Made by a program: the position numbers and the translations under genes. The notes under the pieces were generated by a model. The model did no database searches. It was given only the letters and a program-made list of their open reading frames with translations, and was not told the origin of the DNA. A stretch of 34,381 nucleotides of DNA from Candidatus Hydrothermarchaeota archaeon. GTDB lineage: Archaea > Hydrothermarchaeota > Hydrothermarchaeia > Hydrothermarchaeales > CAZSVW01. Below, piece by piece: positions 27,065 to 34,381 of the stretch. Within the stretch, counting starts at the first letter, position 1, and each line of letters opens with the position of its first letter. The stretch covers positions 1-34,381 of the forward strand of contig CAZSVW010000002.1 of the NCBI GenBank assembly GCA_964610485.1. Direction: 5' to 3'.

Positions 27065-27683
27065 ACCCGTCTTTTAAATTTCCAACCACTTTACATCTAT
27101 CAGGATAAAAATAGAAAAAATATGCAGTATATGCAGATATTGCCGCATCTAGAATATCGTCATTTATTCCAGAGGGTAGAAAAATCCCGATATCCTCCAG
27201 CCTTTTTTTCATGAATTCTATAGCATTTTTTCTTTCTTCTTTTTTGCCTTTTTTGTATTTCGGAACTTGGTTAAGTAGTAATTTCCATGATGCAAAAGGA
27301 TAAACTTCTATAACGCTCTTTTTATGTATATCTTTTGAGTTGTCTACAAGTTTAAACCCCATCTTTTCGAGTTTTTTTAATAGTTTCACTCCCCTAGCTC
27401 CATTGAACACTCGATTAAACCAGCTTAAATTGGCGGGAAGAGAGGGAATATTATATTTCCTATGTATAAGAGCATCACATTTCCTTTTCCCATACTTATT
27501 ATTCACAACTAGAGGGGCATCTATTGCTACTATGCATTCTGGTAAGTTTTTTATAGCTTCGATTATTTCCGCATCGTCTGTAACCAAAGAACAGCTAAAG
27601 ATTTTAAGGAGGTCGGTCAGTATAACTATCGCAGTTTTCATTGGTCTTTTTTTCCATGAAAGGTCTATACCAACGAAATACAT
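27042..27683 (-). CDS. DUF429-like protein (predicted RNase H-fold)
   Basis: FVGIDLSW, AIDAPLV, EVYP and DDILDAAISAY blocks match the DUF429 pattern. I prefer ATG 27683 over the track's GTG 27686. Confidence 0.55.
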   Translation of the reverse strand: MYFVGIDLSWKKRPMKTAIVILTDLLKIFSCSLVTDDAEIIEAIKNLPECIVAIDAPLVVNNKYGKRKCDALIHRKYNIPSLPANLSWFNRVFNGARGVKLLKKLEKMGFKLVDNSKDIHKKSVIEVYPFASWKLLLNQVPKYKKGKKEERKNAIEFMKKRLEDIGIFLPSGINDDILDAAISAYTAYFFYFYPDRCKVVGNLKDGFIVLPFF

Positions 27684-27719
27684 CACTTTTTTATATAAGT
27701 TTATGAGTTAAAAAGTCTC

Positions 27720-28532
27720 ATGCTTACATTTACAGAGTGGCATACTGAGGGATTCGGAGTTTCGTTTAAAATTAAAAAGAGATTATACTTCGAGAAAACA
27801 GAGTTTCAGAATGTAGAAATCTTGGAGAGCCTAGATTTTGGAAAAGTTTTAGTTATAAACGGTGAAGTTCAGGTTGCAGAAAAAGACGAATTCATCTATC
27901 ACGAATCTTTGGTGCACCCCGTAATGATGGCTCATCCTTCACCGAGAAGAGTTCTCCTGATAGGGGGGGGAGATGGTGGAGCGTTAAGAGAAATTTTAAA
28001 GCACGAAATAGAGGAAGTTACGGTGGTTGAAATAGATAGGAGAATAATAGAGATATGCAAGGAATTTTTTCCCAATCTAGCAAAAAACTTTGAGGATGAA
28101 AGGGTCGAGGTAATAAATCAAGACGGTTATGCGTATGTATCATCTTCTAACAGAACTTTTGACATAGCAATATTGGACACAACAGACCCTAAAGGGATAG
28201 CTGAGCGTTTCTCTTCTGAGGGATTCTATAAAAAAATAAAAGAAAGATTGGTAGAAGATGGGATGGTTGTTACTCAATTGCCTAATGTAATTTTACATAA
28301 GAGGGAGGCTTCTAAAGTATATTCAAGTATTTCCTCTATTTTCCCTATTCATAGGATATATTTCTCCCCTGTACCTTCCTTAGGGGGATTTTGGAATTTT
28401 GCAGTAGGTTCGAGGAAGTATCATCCAGAAATAGCGATATCCAAAACTAGATTGGCAAGCAGATTTTATTCGAGAGACATTCACGGTGCTTTATTCGATT
28501 ATGGAAAAGTTTTCGAGGATTTTATAAAATAA
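27720..28532 (+). CDS. speE: spermidine synthase-type aminopropyltransferase
   Basis: GGGDGGALRE, VVEID and DTTDP motifs, with the typical N-terminal beta-hairpin region (WHTE...FQNVEILES). Confidence 0.85.
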   Translation: MLTFTEWHTEGFGVSFKIKKRLYFEKTEFQNVEILESLDFGKVLVINGEVQVAEKDEFIYHESLVHPVMMAHPSPRRVLLIGGGDGGALREILKHEIEEVTVVEIDRRIIEICKEFFPNLAKNFEDERVEVINQDGYAYVSSSNRTFDIAILDTTDPKGIAERFSSEGFYKKIKERLVEDGMVVTQLPNVILHKREASKVYSSISSIFPIHRIYFSPVPSLGGFWNFAVGSRKYHPEIAISKTRLASRFYSRDIHGALFDYGKVFEDFIK

Positions 28533-28543
28533 GTAGAGCAATT

Positions 28544-29569
28544 CTATGTAAATCCTTGGATTTCTACTCCTTTAGTGCTTATACGATACAGATTATTCTC
28601 CTTTTCTATCTCGAATTTATTTCCGACGATATGTTCGACTATGTATATGTTCGTTTTAAGATGTTGGGTAATCTTTCTAACAGTAAATTCTGAATGCCCG
28701 CTTGCAATAGCGAGAAAAGGTACTATTTGGTCTGCCATATGAATATCCAATGAGGCTCCACTAGATATTTCTTCTTTTAATGCTAAAGCTGCTTCTTTTC
28801 CAACTTTCTCCGCAGGTTTACCTTTTACTCCTAGCGAACTGGAGCCTAGTACACTACCTTCAAAATTTGCCCATAGGGTAACGCCTACACCTGTAGAGAA
28901 ATTTTTGTTGCATTCCAGCTCTATTTCGCAATCTATAACCCGTTTTACAGCTTTAGCTATTCTCTCAACGATATGGCAAGGTAAGTTTAAGGAGTGAGCT
29001 ATTCCACAGATCCTTGTCAGTTTTCCTCTTTCTATTACCCTCCCCGTTAATTTGGTGGTGGGGTAAAATTCAACCTCAACATAACCACCTCCTTTTGGAT
29101 AGTACCCCCTAGCGTGTACTTCAAGCTCCGCTTTGAATCCGATTTTTCTTAGTACTTCAAATGCAACGTTTTTTACATAATCTATTGGCGGGGACCATGC
29201 CACATCAGTTCCTCCTCGCACCTTTATTTTTACCTTCTCTTTAGCAAATGCACAAGGTAAAGATAATGCTTGGAGTACGAGTGATATACTACCCGCCGTA
29301 CCTATGTCAATCTTGTATTCCCCTCCACTAACTTTAGAAGGGTAAAATTCTATTTCTGTGGAACCAAGCTTAGCTCCCTTAACTTCTGCTTTCGCGATCA
29401 TTTTGAGAGCTCTTATGCATGCAAGGTGTTGATTAGATAGTCCAGGCTTTGGTCTTTTGGCTCTTATATTGAATATCCTTACGGGTCTTTGTAAGAGGGT
29501 GGAAAGGGCAAGGGATGTTCTCAATATCTGTCCTCCGCCCTCACCATAGCTCCCGTCTATATTTATCAT
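28544..29569 (-). CDS. rtcA: RNA 3'-terminal phosphate cyclase
   Basis: IDGSYGEGGGQILRTSLALS N-terminus and adenylylated-His context LDIHMADQ, 341 aa. Confidence 0.9.
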   Translation of the reverse strand: MINIDGSYGEGGGQILRTSLALSTLLQRPVRIFNIRAKRPKPGLSNQHLACIRALKMIAKAEVKGAKLGSTEIEFYPSKVSGGEYKIDIGTAGSISLVLQALSLPCAFAKEKVKIKVRGGTDVAWSPPIDYVKNVAFEVLRKIGFKAELEVHARGYYPKGGGYVEVEFYPTTKLTGRVIERGKLTRICGIAHSLNLPCHIVERIAKAVKRVIDCEIELECNKNFSTGVGVTLWANFEGSVLGSSSLGVKGKPAEKVGKEAALALKEEISSGASLDIHMADQIVPFLAIASGHSEFTVRKITQHLKTNIYIVEHIVGNKFEIEKENNLYRISTKGVEIQGFT

Positions 29570-29623
29570 GTTTTGAATTCTGAAACTAAAATTTTAAAAA
29601 GGTTTCATTAAACTTAATCAATC

Positions 29624-30031
29624 ATGAAAGTAATGGTAGTAGATGATGAACCAGATATACTATTTCTTATCGAGAAGTTTCTTGAGATGGAGGGGTATGA
29701 AGTAGTAAAGATAGGCAGTGGCGAAGAATGTCTGGAGAAGGTCAAGGAAATTAAGCCCGATGTTATCCTTCTAGATGTAATGATGCCGGGGATAGATGGA
29801 TGGGAGGTATGTAAGAGGCTAAAAGAAGATGAAGAAACCAAGGATATACCAGTAATTTTAGTTACGGTTAGAACAAGTAAAGAATCTATAGAAAAAAGTT
29901 TTGAATATGCAAAATGCGATGCATATGTTGGAAAACCAATAATAAGAGAAGAACTGATTGGAAAAATAAAGATGTTTGCTAAATCCAGTCCATCGTCTCA
30001 AGCTTTTGCGGAATATAAACATCGGTCATGA
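29624..30031 (+). CDS. stand-alone response-regulator receiver domain (CheY-like)
   Basis: Acidic pocket VVDDEP, phospho-acceptor ILLDVMMPGIDG, conserved T (LVTV) and K (GKP). There is no output domain. The last ~18 codons overlap the top6A 3' end. Confidence 0.85.
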   Translation: MKVMVVDDEPDILFLIEKFLEMEGYEVVKIGSGEECLEKVKEIKPDVILLDVMMPGIDGWEVCKRLKEDEETKDIPVILVTVRTSKESIEKSFEYAKCDAYVGKPIIREELIGKIKMFAKSSPSSQAFAEYKHRS

Positions 30032-31061
30032 AAGTTATTCCATGTTTGGCTAGCGCCTGAAGTTCGGCTTTTTCCTTCCTCTCAAGCATGAGTAGGAGTT
30101 CTTTTTTCCATCGTCTGTTTTTGCTTATCCAGGGGTATTGTAGCATTGTTTGTGCTTTTTTAATGTCCCACTCTGTCATTTTCAACCTCGCAGCTTTAGG
30201 TACTTTAAACTTATCTAAGTCGCTAGGTAATAGTCCGAGATACTTAGCCTTTGGTACAGCTAAGTATGGACTTTCAAAACTCAGGGAAATACTTCCTCTC
30301 TTGTAGCTTGAACATATTTGCATTCCATAGCTATCGCTGTCGGTTAATATATAAACCGGCAGTCCTTCTTCCTTGTGTAGCCTTCTTACGAGTCTCCTTG
30401 TAGCTATGTCTGGCTGTCCTTTTCCGGTTATCAATAGGCAGTTATATTTTTTATGGAACTCCTCCTCCACCAATCTAATCATCGCTGCGTCTTTCTCAAC
30501 TACAAGAACGAACTCTGCACCACAATCTACGATTTCTACTTCATCGATGAATGGGCTTATACTCCATCCACCTCTACCAAGCATGTTGCAGTTAAATGTG
30601 TCTTCTCCTTCCCTTAGAGTTAGGTCTCCTATGCATACTCCCTTGGCCGTAGCTACTACTCTTAAACAAGGCCTGGTTACCCCCAATGTGACCGCGATGT
30701 CTTCTATGATATCGTCGCTAGTTTTTTGGTCCTTATCAAAAAGTTCCGGGTCTTGGTAGTATATCTCCCTCTTAGTCAAGTGTTTTCCATTGACAGCAGC
30801 TTCATGGATTATGCTGAGAATGAAGAGCATCTGTGTAAATGCAGTAGAGGTACCCGTGTTATGGAAACTTCTCTTGGATTCCCTGTCTCCTAAATAAATA
30901 ACATCCTTGCGTTCGTTGTATATTATATTGTCAGAACTTCTACTTGGTACAGAGAATGTGGGATTATTATGGTGCTTTATATCTTGATATATAGCCTTCG
31001 CTAATTTTTCTATCATTGAAATGAGCTCTTCCTGCTTTAGGGTTTCTCTAACCAGCTTCAC
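29979..31061 (-). CDS. top6A: DNA topoisomerase VI subunit A (Spo11 homologue)
   Basis: Catalytic Tyr region REIYYQDPELF, TOPRIM Glu (LVVEKDA) and DxD (LTDSDSYG). The GTG start overlaps the top6B 3' end by 14 nt. Confidence 0.9.
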   Translation of the reverse strand: MKLVRETLKQEELISMIEKLAKAIYQDIKHHNNPTFSVPSRSSDNIIYNERKDVIYLGDRESKRSFHNTGTSTAFTQMLFILSIIHEAAVNGKHLTKREIYYQDPELFDKDQKTSDDIIEDIAVTLGVTRPCLRVVATAKGVCIGDLTLREGEDTFNCNMLGRGGWSISPFIDEVEIVDCGAEFVLVVEKDAAMIRLVEEEFHKKYNCLLITGKGQPDIATRRLVRRLHKEEGLPVYILTDSDSYGMQICSSYKRGSISLSFESPYLAVPKAKYLGLLPSDLDKFKVPKAARLKMTEWDIKKAQTMLQYPWISKNRRWKKELLLMLERKEKAELQALAKHGITFMTDVYIPQKLETMDWI

Positions 31062-32925
31062 CTGCGCTCCTCCTCTTGTATATTTCTTCTTTTAGTAATT
31101 CAAAAATTTCTTTTTCATCAGTCTTAAGAATTTTAGAGAGAGAATAAGATACTACTTTTGCATTTCCTTCAAGAAATTTTCTTATTTTCCCAAGAAGCTT
31201 ACTTTTTTCCTTTTTGGAAACATGTATCGCTAGCTGTCTCGCTGCCGCTTGTAAGGCTTTCTTTACTTCACTAGCTATAACGTCATCTGCTCCTATCGCT
31301 TGTTTTGCTACTCCCAGATATTTCAGTTGGGGAGAAGTGACATGCACTACGAATATCACCGGAGCTAAAGGTAACATTCCTTTCTTTCCAAGCTTGTAGA
31401 GACTCCAGTCTATTTCTTTTGCAGTTTGCGTAATTATGTCGCTTCCATATTCGTATATCAGGGGAGTGCAGTTTGCTATTCTTATAATCTTCTCTTGTAC
31501 ATCCTCTTTTATTTCTCCCCCATACATCCCAAGAACTTGAACTTGTATAGGTTTCCCCCTTGAGCTAGTGGGCTTTCTTTTGATGTATACATACTTCTCG
31601 GGATTGTAGATACTACAGAAACCAGAAATCATTACCTCATCGGGAATGGGCATAAGGGAATCTATGGGGGGTGCAGGAAAAGCCATAGACCTCAATCCCT
31701 CTGCTAGAAGTCTAATTTTATTTTCATCTTTAAGTATCTCACTTATTTTTGTTTTTGTGTCAAAAGGCGCTTCTGGAAGCTCATTTCCGTTAAGTTTAAA
31801 GAACTTCTTAAGCTCTTCATTATTCAATACTCTGATATTTGCTCCCGGGGATATTTTACCCTTAAAAACAAGTTCCGCTACATAGCTGTAGTCTATCTCG
31901 ACATCTCTCACCAAGGTCTTTAGATATTTTTCTACCTCTTTTTTGTCCTTTTTTAATTTCCTAATTTTTCCGCTTTGTGCTATCCTTTTAACAATATCCC
32001 CAGCAAAGAAGCCCGATTCGTCGAAATATCTAAGAAGTCTAATCCTATATATCAGGTCTTGAAGACTCTTATTTCCGATTCTGCAGAAGTTCTTCTTTAA
32101 AAATGTAGCCAGATTTATATCTCTCTCTTTTGCCTGTGCTATAAGCATATCTTTGAGTTGACCTACCTCGACAGAATTTGGATGTGGGGGAACTGGGGAA
32201 GGAATAGGTATTCCTTTACTGCTTCTTTTTTCATATTTTATTAGATTTCCATTTTCTTTCAGAATAAACGTTATATATGGATGTATTGCGGCCATTCTCT
32301 TGATAAATTCGAGTATGTTACCTCTTGCTCTGGGATAATCACCTATTATATTTAAGCTCATTCTTGTCCCATGTTCGGGAAAATTTCCTTCATATTCCTC
32401 TTCTATTAGTAGAGTAACCTTCCCCTCCCCATAATCATAAACATGCCGATGTGCTTTTTTCTCAAAAAAGGTTTTACTGATTATTTCAACAGGTTTCCCT
32501 GTACTTTGGTTTGCATATATAGCTGCGGCTTTCCATCCTATACCCTGCTGAGACCTACTGGCTCTGTATTCTATAGTCCCCGTTCCACCAGCCCTCACTA
32601 TTACTGGAACTTTTTCCCTTGGAATCCCTATACCATTATCTTGGATGGTAATCCTTATCTCTCCTCGCGATTTGTCAACTACCTCTACCTCTACGAATAT
32701 TTCAGCGTCATAATCGTCATTTCCTGTAGATTTGAGTAGGGCTTCTCTAGCTTTGTCTATGGCGTCTGCAGAATTTTGCACCCCCTCCACTATTGCTTGA
32801 AAGGGAGCTCTAGCGCGCTGTCCGAATCCTGTATCTACCCTTTTTAATAGTTCTTCTGCCGTTTGTAGTCGAATATGTTTATGTATTTCTGCTTCAGCCT
32901 CTTTTCTTGATACTATTTTATTCAT
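31048..32925 (-). CDS. top6B: DNA topoisomerase VI subunit B (GHKL ATPase), long ~625-aa form
   Basis: Bergerat-fold motifs E..N..D (EGVQNSADA), DNGIGIP and a glycine-rich SQQGIGWKAA. It lies immediately upstream of, and overlaps, top6A. Confidence 0.85.
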   Translation of the reverse strand: MNKIVSRKEAEAEIHKHIRLQTAEELLKRVDTGFGQRARAPFQAIVEGVQNSADAIDKAREALLKSTGNDDYDAEIFVEVEVVDKSRGEIRITIQDNGIGIPREKVPVIVRAGGTGTIEYRASRSQQGIGWKAAAIYANQSTGKPVEIISKTFFEKKAHRHVYDYGEGKVTLLIEEEYEGNFPEHGTRMSLNIIGDYPRARGNILEFIKRMAAIHPYITFILKENGNLIKYEKRSSKGIPIPSPVPPHPNSVEVGQLKDMLIAQAKERDINLATFLKKNFCRIGNKSLQDLIYRIRLLRYFDESGFFAGDIVKRIAQSGKIRKLKKDKKEVEKYLKTLVRDVEIDYSYVAELVFKGKISPGANIRVLNNEELKKFFKLNGNELPEAPFDTKTKISEILKDENKIRLLAEGLRSMAFPAPPIDSLMPIPDEVMISGFCSIYNPEKYVYIKRKPTSSRGKPIQVQVLGMYGGEIKEDVQEKIIRIANCTPLIYEYGSDIITQTAKEIDWSLYKLGKKGMLPLAPVIFVVHVTSPQLKYLGVAKQAIGADDVIASEVKKALQAAARQLAIHVSKKEKSKLLGKIRKFLEGNAKVVSYSLSKILKTDEKEIFELLKEEIYKRRSAGEAG

Positions 32926-33061
32926 TTTTGTCCCCCCTGTTAGCTAAGTAAAAATCAATAAGCCTATTTATGATGTCATCGTATGTTTCTTTCTTTTTTC
33001 CGATCTCTATTAACCTCTCTCTGGTCTTTTTTTTCAGTTGTATAGTGGTTATATTTGACAT
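32918..33061 (-). CDS. 47-aa ribbon-helix-helix / VapB-antitoxin-like small protein, overlapping the top6B start
   Basis: Not in the ORF track. It encodes MSNITTIQLKKKTRERLIEIGKKKETYDDIINRLIDFYLANRGDKNE*. This has a beta-strand (TTIQL) plus two helices, and the E-T-Y-D-D-I-I-x-R-L pattern common in small archaeal RHH/antitoxin proteins. The stop is embedded in ATGAATAA with the top6B ATG. A TATA box sits at the right distance upstream. Confidence 0.5.
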   Translation of the reverse strand: MSNITTIQLKKKTRERLIEIGKKKETYDDIINRLIDFYLANRGDKNE

Positions 33062-33086
33062 ATAGCTAAAAATAGTAAAACATGCC

Positions 33087-33094
33087 TATATATA
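33087..33094 (-). promoter_or_regulatory. TATA box (TATATATA) upstream of the small RHH ORF / topo VI operon
   Basis: It is centred about 29 nt upstream of the minus-strand ATG at 33061, with an AAAGC purine-rich flank on the upstream side. This is consistent with a near-leaderless transcript. Confidence 0.4.
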
Positions 33095-33128
33095 GCTTTC
33101 TATAGTATCTATGGGAATCTATAAAAAA

Positions 33129-33650
33129 CTATAAGAGCTTTTGTAATTTTTCTAGTTTTCTTGTTAGCGACTCATTTATCTCTTCTAAACTTTTGACTTT
33201 TTCAGTTAGTAAATTAATTTCAGCTTCTTTTTTTATAAGAATATTATTTTTCTCTTCTATTTCTTTATTTTTGTCATTTAGGTATCTCTTAAGTGCCTTA
33301 ACTTCTGCTTTAAGATTAGAAATATTTTTATTTAGTTTTTTAAGAGCTGTATCTTTATCTTCAATTTCTTTTTTCTTTTCATCGAGGTTCTTCTGTAATT
33401 CTTCTACTTTTACCTTTAGCATTGCATTTTCTTTCGATAGTTCTACGGTTTTTTCCTTTAGATTTTCTATTTGAGATTTTAAGTCATTAATTTTATTTTC
33501 TAAAAAAGAGATTGTTTCTTTTTTTTGTTCTAGCTCCGTCTTCATGTGCATTAGGGCATTTTCCCTTTTTTCAAGTTCCGCTTTTAGTTTTTCTATTACT
33601 CCTTCAAAAAATTCCTTTTCTTTTTGATGCATCTGGAAAGGATTTTTCAA
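33129..33650 (-). CDS. coiled-coil protein of unknown function
   Basis: About 170 aa, almost entirely heptad-like K/E/L/N-rich sequence with internal KEIE(D/E)K(D/N) repeats and no TM or catalytic motif. The start is uncertain (track TTG 33650, or ATG 33632). Confidence 0.6.
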   Translation of the reverse strand: MKNPFQMHQKEKEFFEGVIEKLKAELEKRENALMHMKTELEQKKETISFLENKINDLKSQIENLKEKTVELSKENAMLKVKVEELQKNLDEKKKEIEDKDTALKKLNKNISNLKAEVKALKRYLNDKNKEIEEKNNILIKKEAEINLLTEKVKSLEEINESLTRKLEKLQKLL

Positions 33651-33682
33651 GAAAAGAAATAAAAATTTTACGTTTGTACAAG

Positions 33683-33756
33683 TGGAGCGGGGGGGATTTG
33701 AACCCCCGACAACCTGATCTTCAGTCAGGCGCTCTCCCAGGCTGAGCTACCGCTCC
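33683..33756 (-). tRNA. tRNA-Phe (anticodon GAA)
   Basis: In the reverse complement: acceptor GGAGCGG/CCGCTCC, anticodon stem CCTGA/TCAGG, loop CTGAAGA, T arm GGGGG-TTCAAAT-CCCCC. It is 74 nt and no CCA is encoded. Confidence 0.9.
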
Positions 33757-33766
33757 TCTGTTTTGA

Positions 33767-33840
33767 CGGGCCCGAGGGGATTTGAACCCCCGACCAGAGG
33801 ATTAAGAGTCCCCTGCTCTCCCAGACTGAGCTACGGGCCC
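33767..33840 (-). tRNA. tRNA-Lys (anticodon CTT)
   Basis: In the reverse complement: acceptor GGGCCCG/CGGGCCC, anticodon stem GGGGA/TCCTC, loop CTCTTAA, T loop TTCAAAT, 74 nt. It lies 10 nt upstream of tRNA-Phe on the same strand. Confidence 0.9.
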
Positions 33841-33888
33841 CTATATATTTTTTTGGGTTTTAACATTTATGAATATAAAGTTTATCCG

Positions 33889-34381
33889 TTAAGTGTACAT
33901 TACTCCAGCTTCTTTTCCGGGGACTTCATATTTGCCTAGGACTTTGTCGATAGCTTTCATAAAGTCCTCCGAAGATACGCAGTTTCGATTTTCTCTTATA
34001 GCGAACATTCCAGCCTCGGTACATATCGCCTTTATATCTGCGCCAGATGCTCCTTCAGTATTTCGTGCAAGCTCTTCAAAATCCACGTCTTTGGCTAGGT
34101 TCATTTTTCTTGTATGTATTTTGAATATCTCAACCCTTCCTTCAAAGTCTGGTAAGGGTATTTCTATTAATCTGTCAAATCTCCCCGGTCTAAGCATTGC
34201 TGGGTCTAGGATATCTGGTCTATTCGTAGCGCCTATAATTCTTACATCTCCTCTCGCTTCAAATCCATCCATCTCCGCAAGCAACTGCATTAGTGTACGT
34301 TGTACTTCTCTATCTCCGCTTGTTGAGGAGTCTAATCTTTTTGCCCCTATTGCGTCAATTTCATCTATAAAAACTATGCTT
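33889..34381 (-). CDS. pan: proteasome-activating nucleotidase PAN, C-terminal part (5' end outside window)
   Basis: Walker [10 protein letters not shown] at the window edge, [22 protein letters not shown], and a C-terminal hydrophobic-Tyr-X tail (MYT) as expected for 20S gate opening. Confidence 0.9.
   Translation of the reverse strand, partial: SIVFIDEIDAIGAKRLDSSTSGDREVQRTLMQLLAEMDGFEARGDVRIIGATNRPDILDPAMLRPGRFDRLIEIPLPDFEGRVEIFKIHTRKMNLAKDVDFEELARNTEGASGADIKAICTEAGMFAIRENRNCVSSEDFMKAIDKVLGKYEVPGKEAGVMYT

Noticed and set aside
29581-29607. TGAAAC-N15-GTTTCA inverted repeat as a distinct regulatory feature.
   Set aside because: It has only 6-bp arms in very AT-rich DNA, so it is easily produced by chance. 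It is mentioned only as context in the rtcA/receiver finding.
31048-32925. Top6B being unusually long or divergent (VQNSADA instead of ENSLDA).
   Set aside because: The essential E..N..D and DxGxG Bergerat motifs are intact. As far as I recall, ~620-aa Top6B forms with an extra C-terminal domain are known in other euryarchaea. Without an alignment I cannot claim a real anomaly.

Overview
This is a dense, AT-rich archaeal (euryarchaeal-type) chromosomal core segment. It is almost entirely coding, with about 40 CDS and 5 tRNA genes. Gaps are mostly under 70 nt, and there are many 4-nt start/stop overlaps.

Archaeal hallmarks present:
- rps24e-rps27ae-kae1
- L10e
- Dph2
- Nop5
- Nog1
- topoisomerase VI (B then A)
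- PAN

Metabolic and RNA content:
- a PEP synthase interrupted by one in-frame TAA
- an MfnA-type decarboxylase
- a six-gene minus-strand operon interleaving lysine genes (dapL, lysA, dapF), branched-polyamine genes (speH, bpsA) and a mevalonate gene (class II HMG-CoA reductase)
- hdrCB, beta-RFAP synthase, pyrD, speE, rtcA and ligT
- an ABC-2 exporter

Very GC-rich tRNA stems in AT-rich DNA, together with bpsA, suggest a thermophile. I cannot name the lineage from sequence alone.

I see no CRISPR array, IS element, integrase, prophage or recognisable defence island. The window looks like housekeeping territory, so I cannot honestly claim a clear novel system.

The most check-worthy items are:
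1. An untracked 47-aa ribbon-helix-helix/antitoxin-like ORF with its own TATA box, translationally overlapped with top6B.
2. The single in-frame stop in ppsA.
3. A lipoprotein-like gene whose signal peptide and mature part lie in different frames across a T6 slippery run.
4. A perfect 13+13 bp palindrome in the hdrC/DUF1464 divergent promoter.
5. The mixed lysine/polyamine/mevalonate operon.
6. Overlapping 3' ends at six convergent gene junctions.
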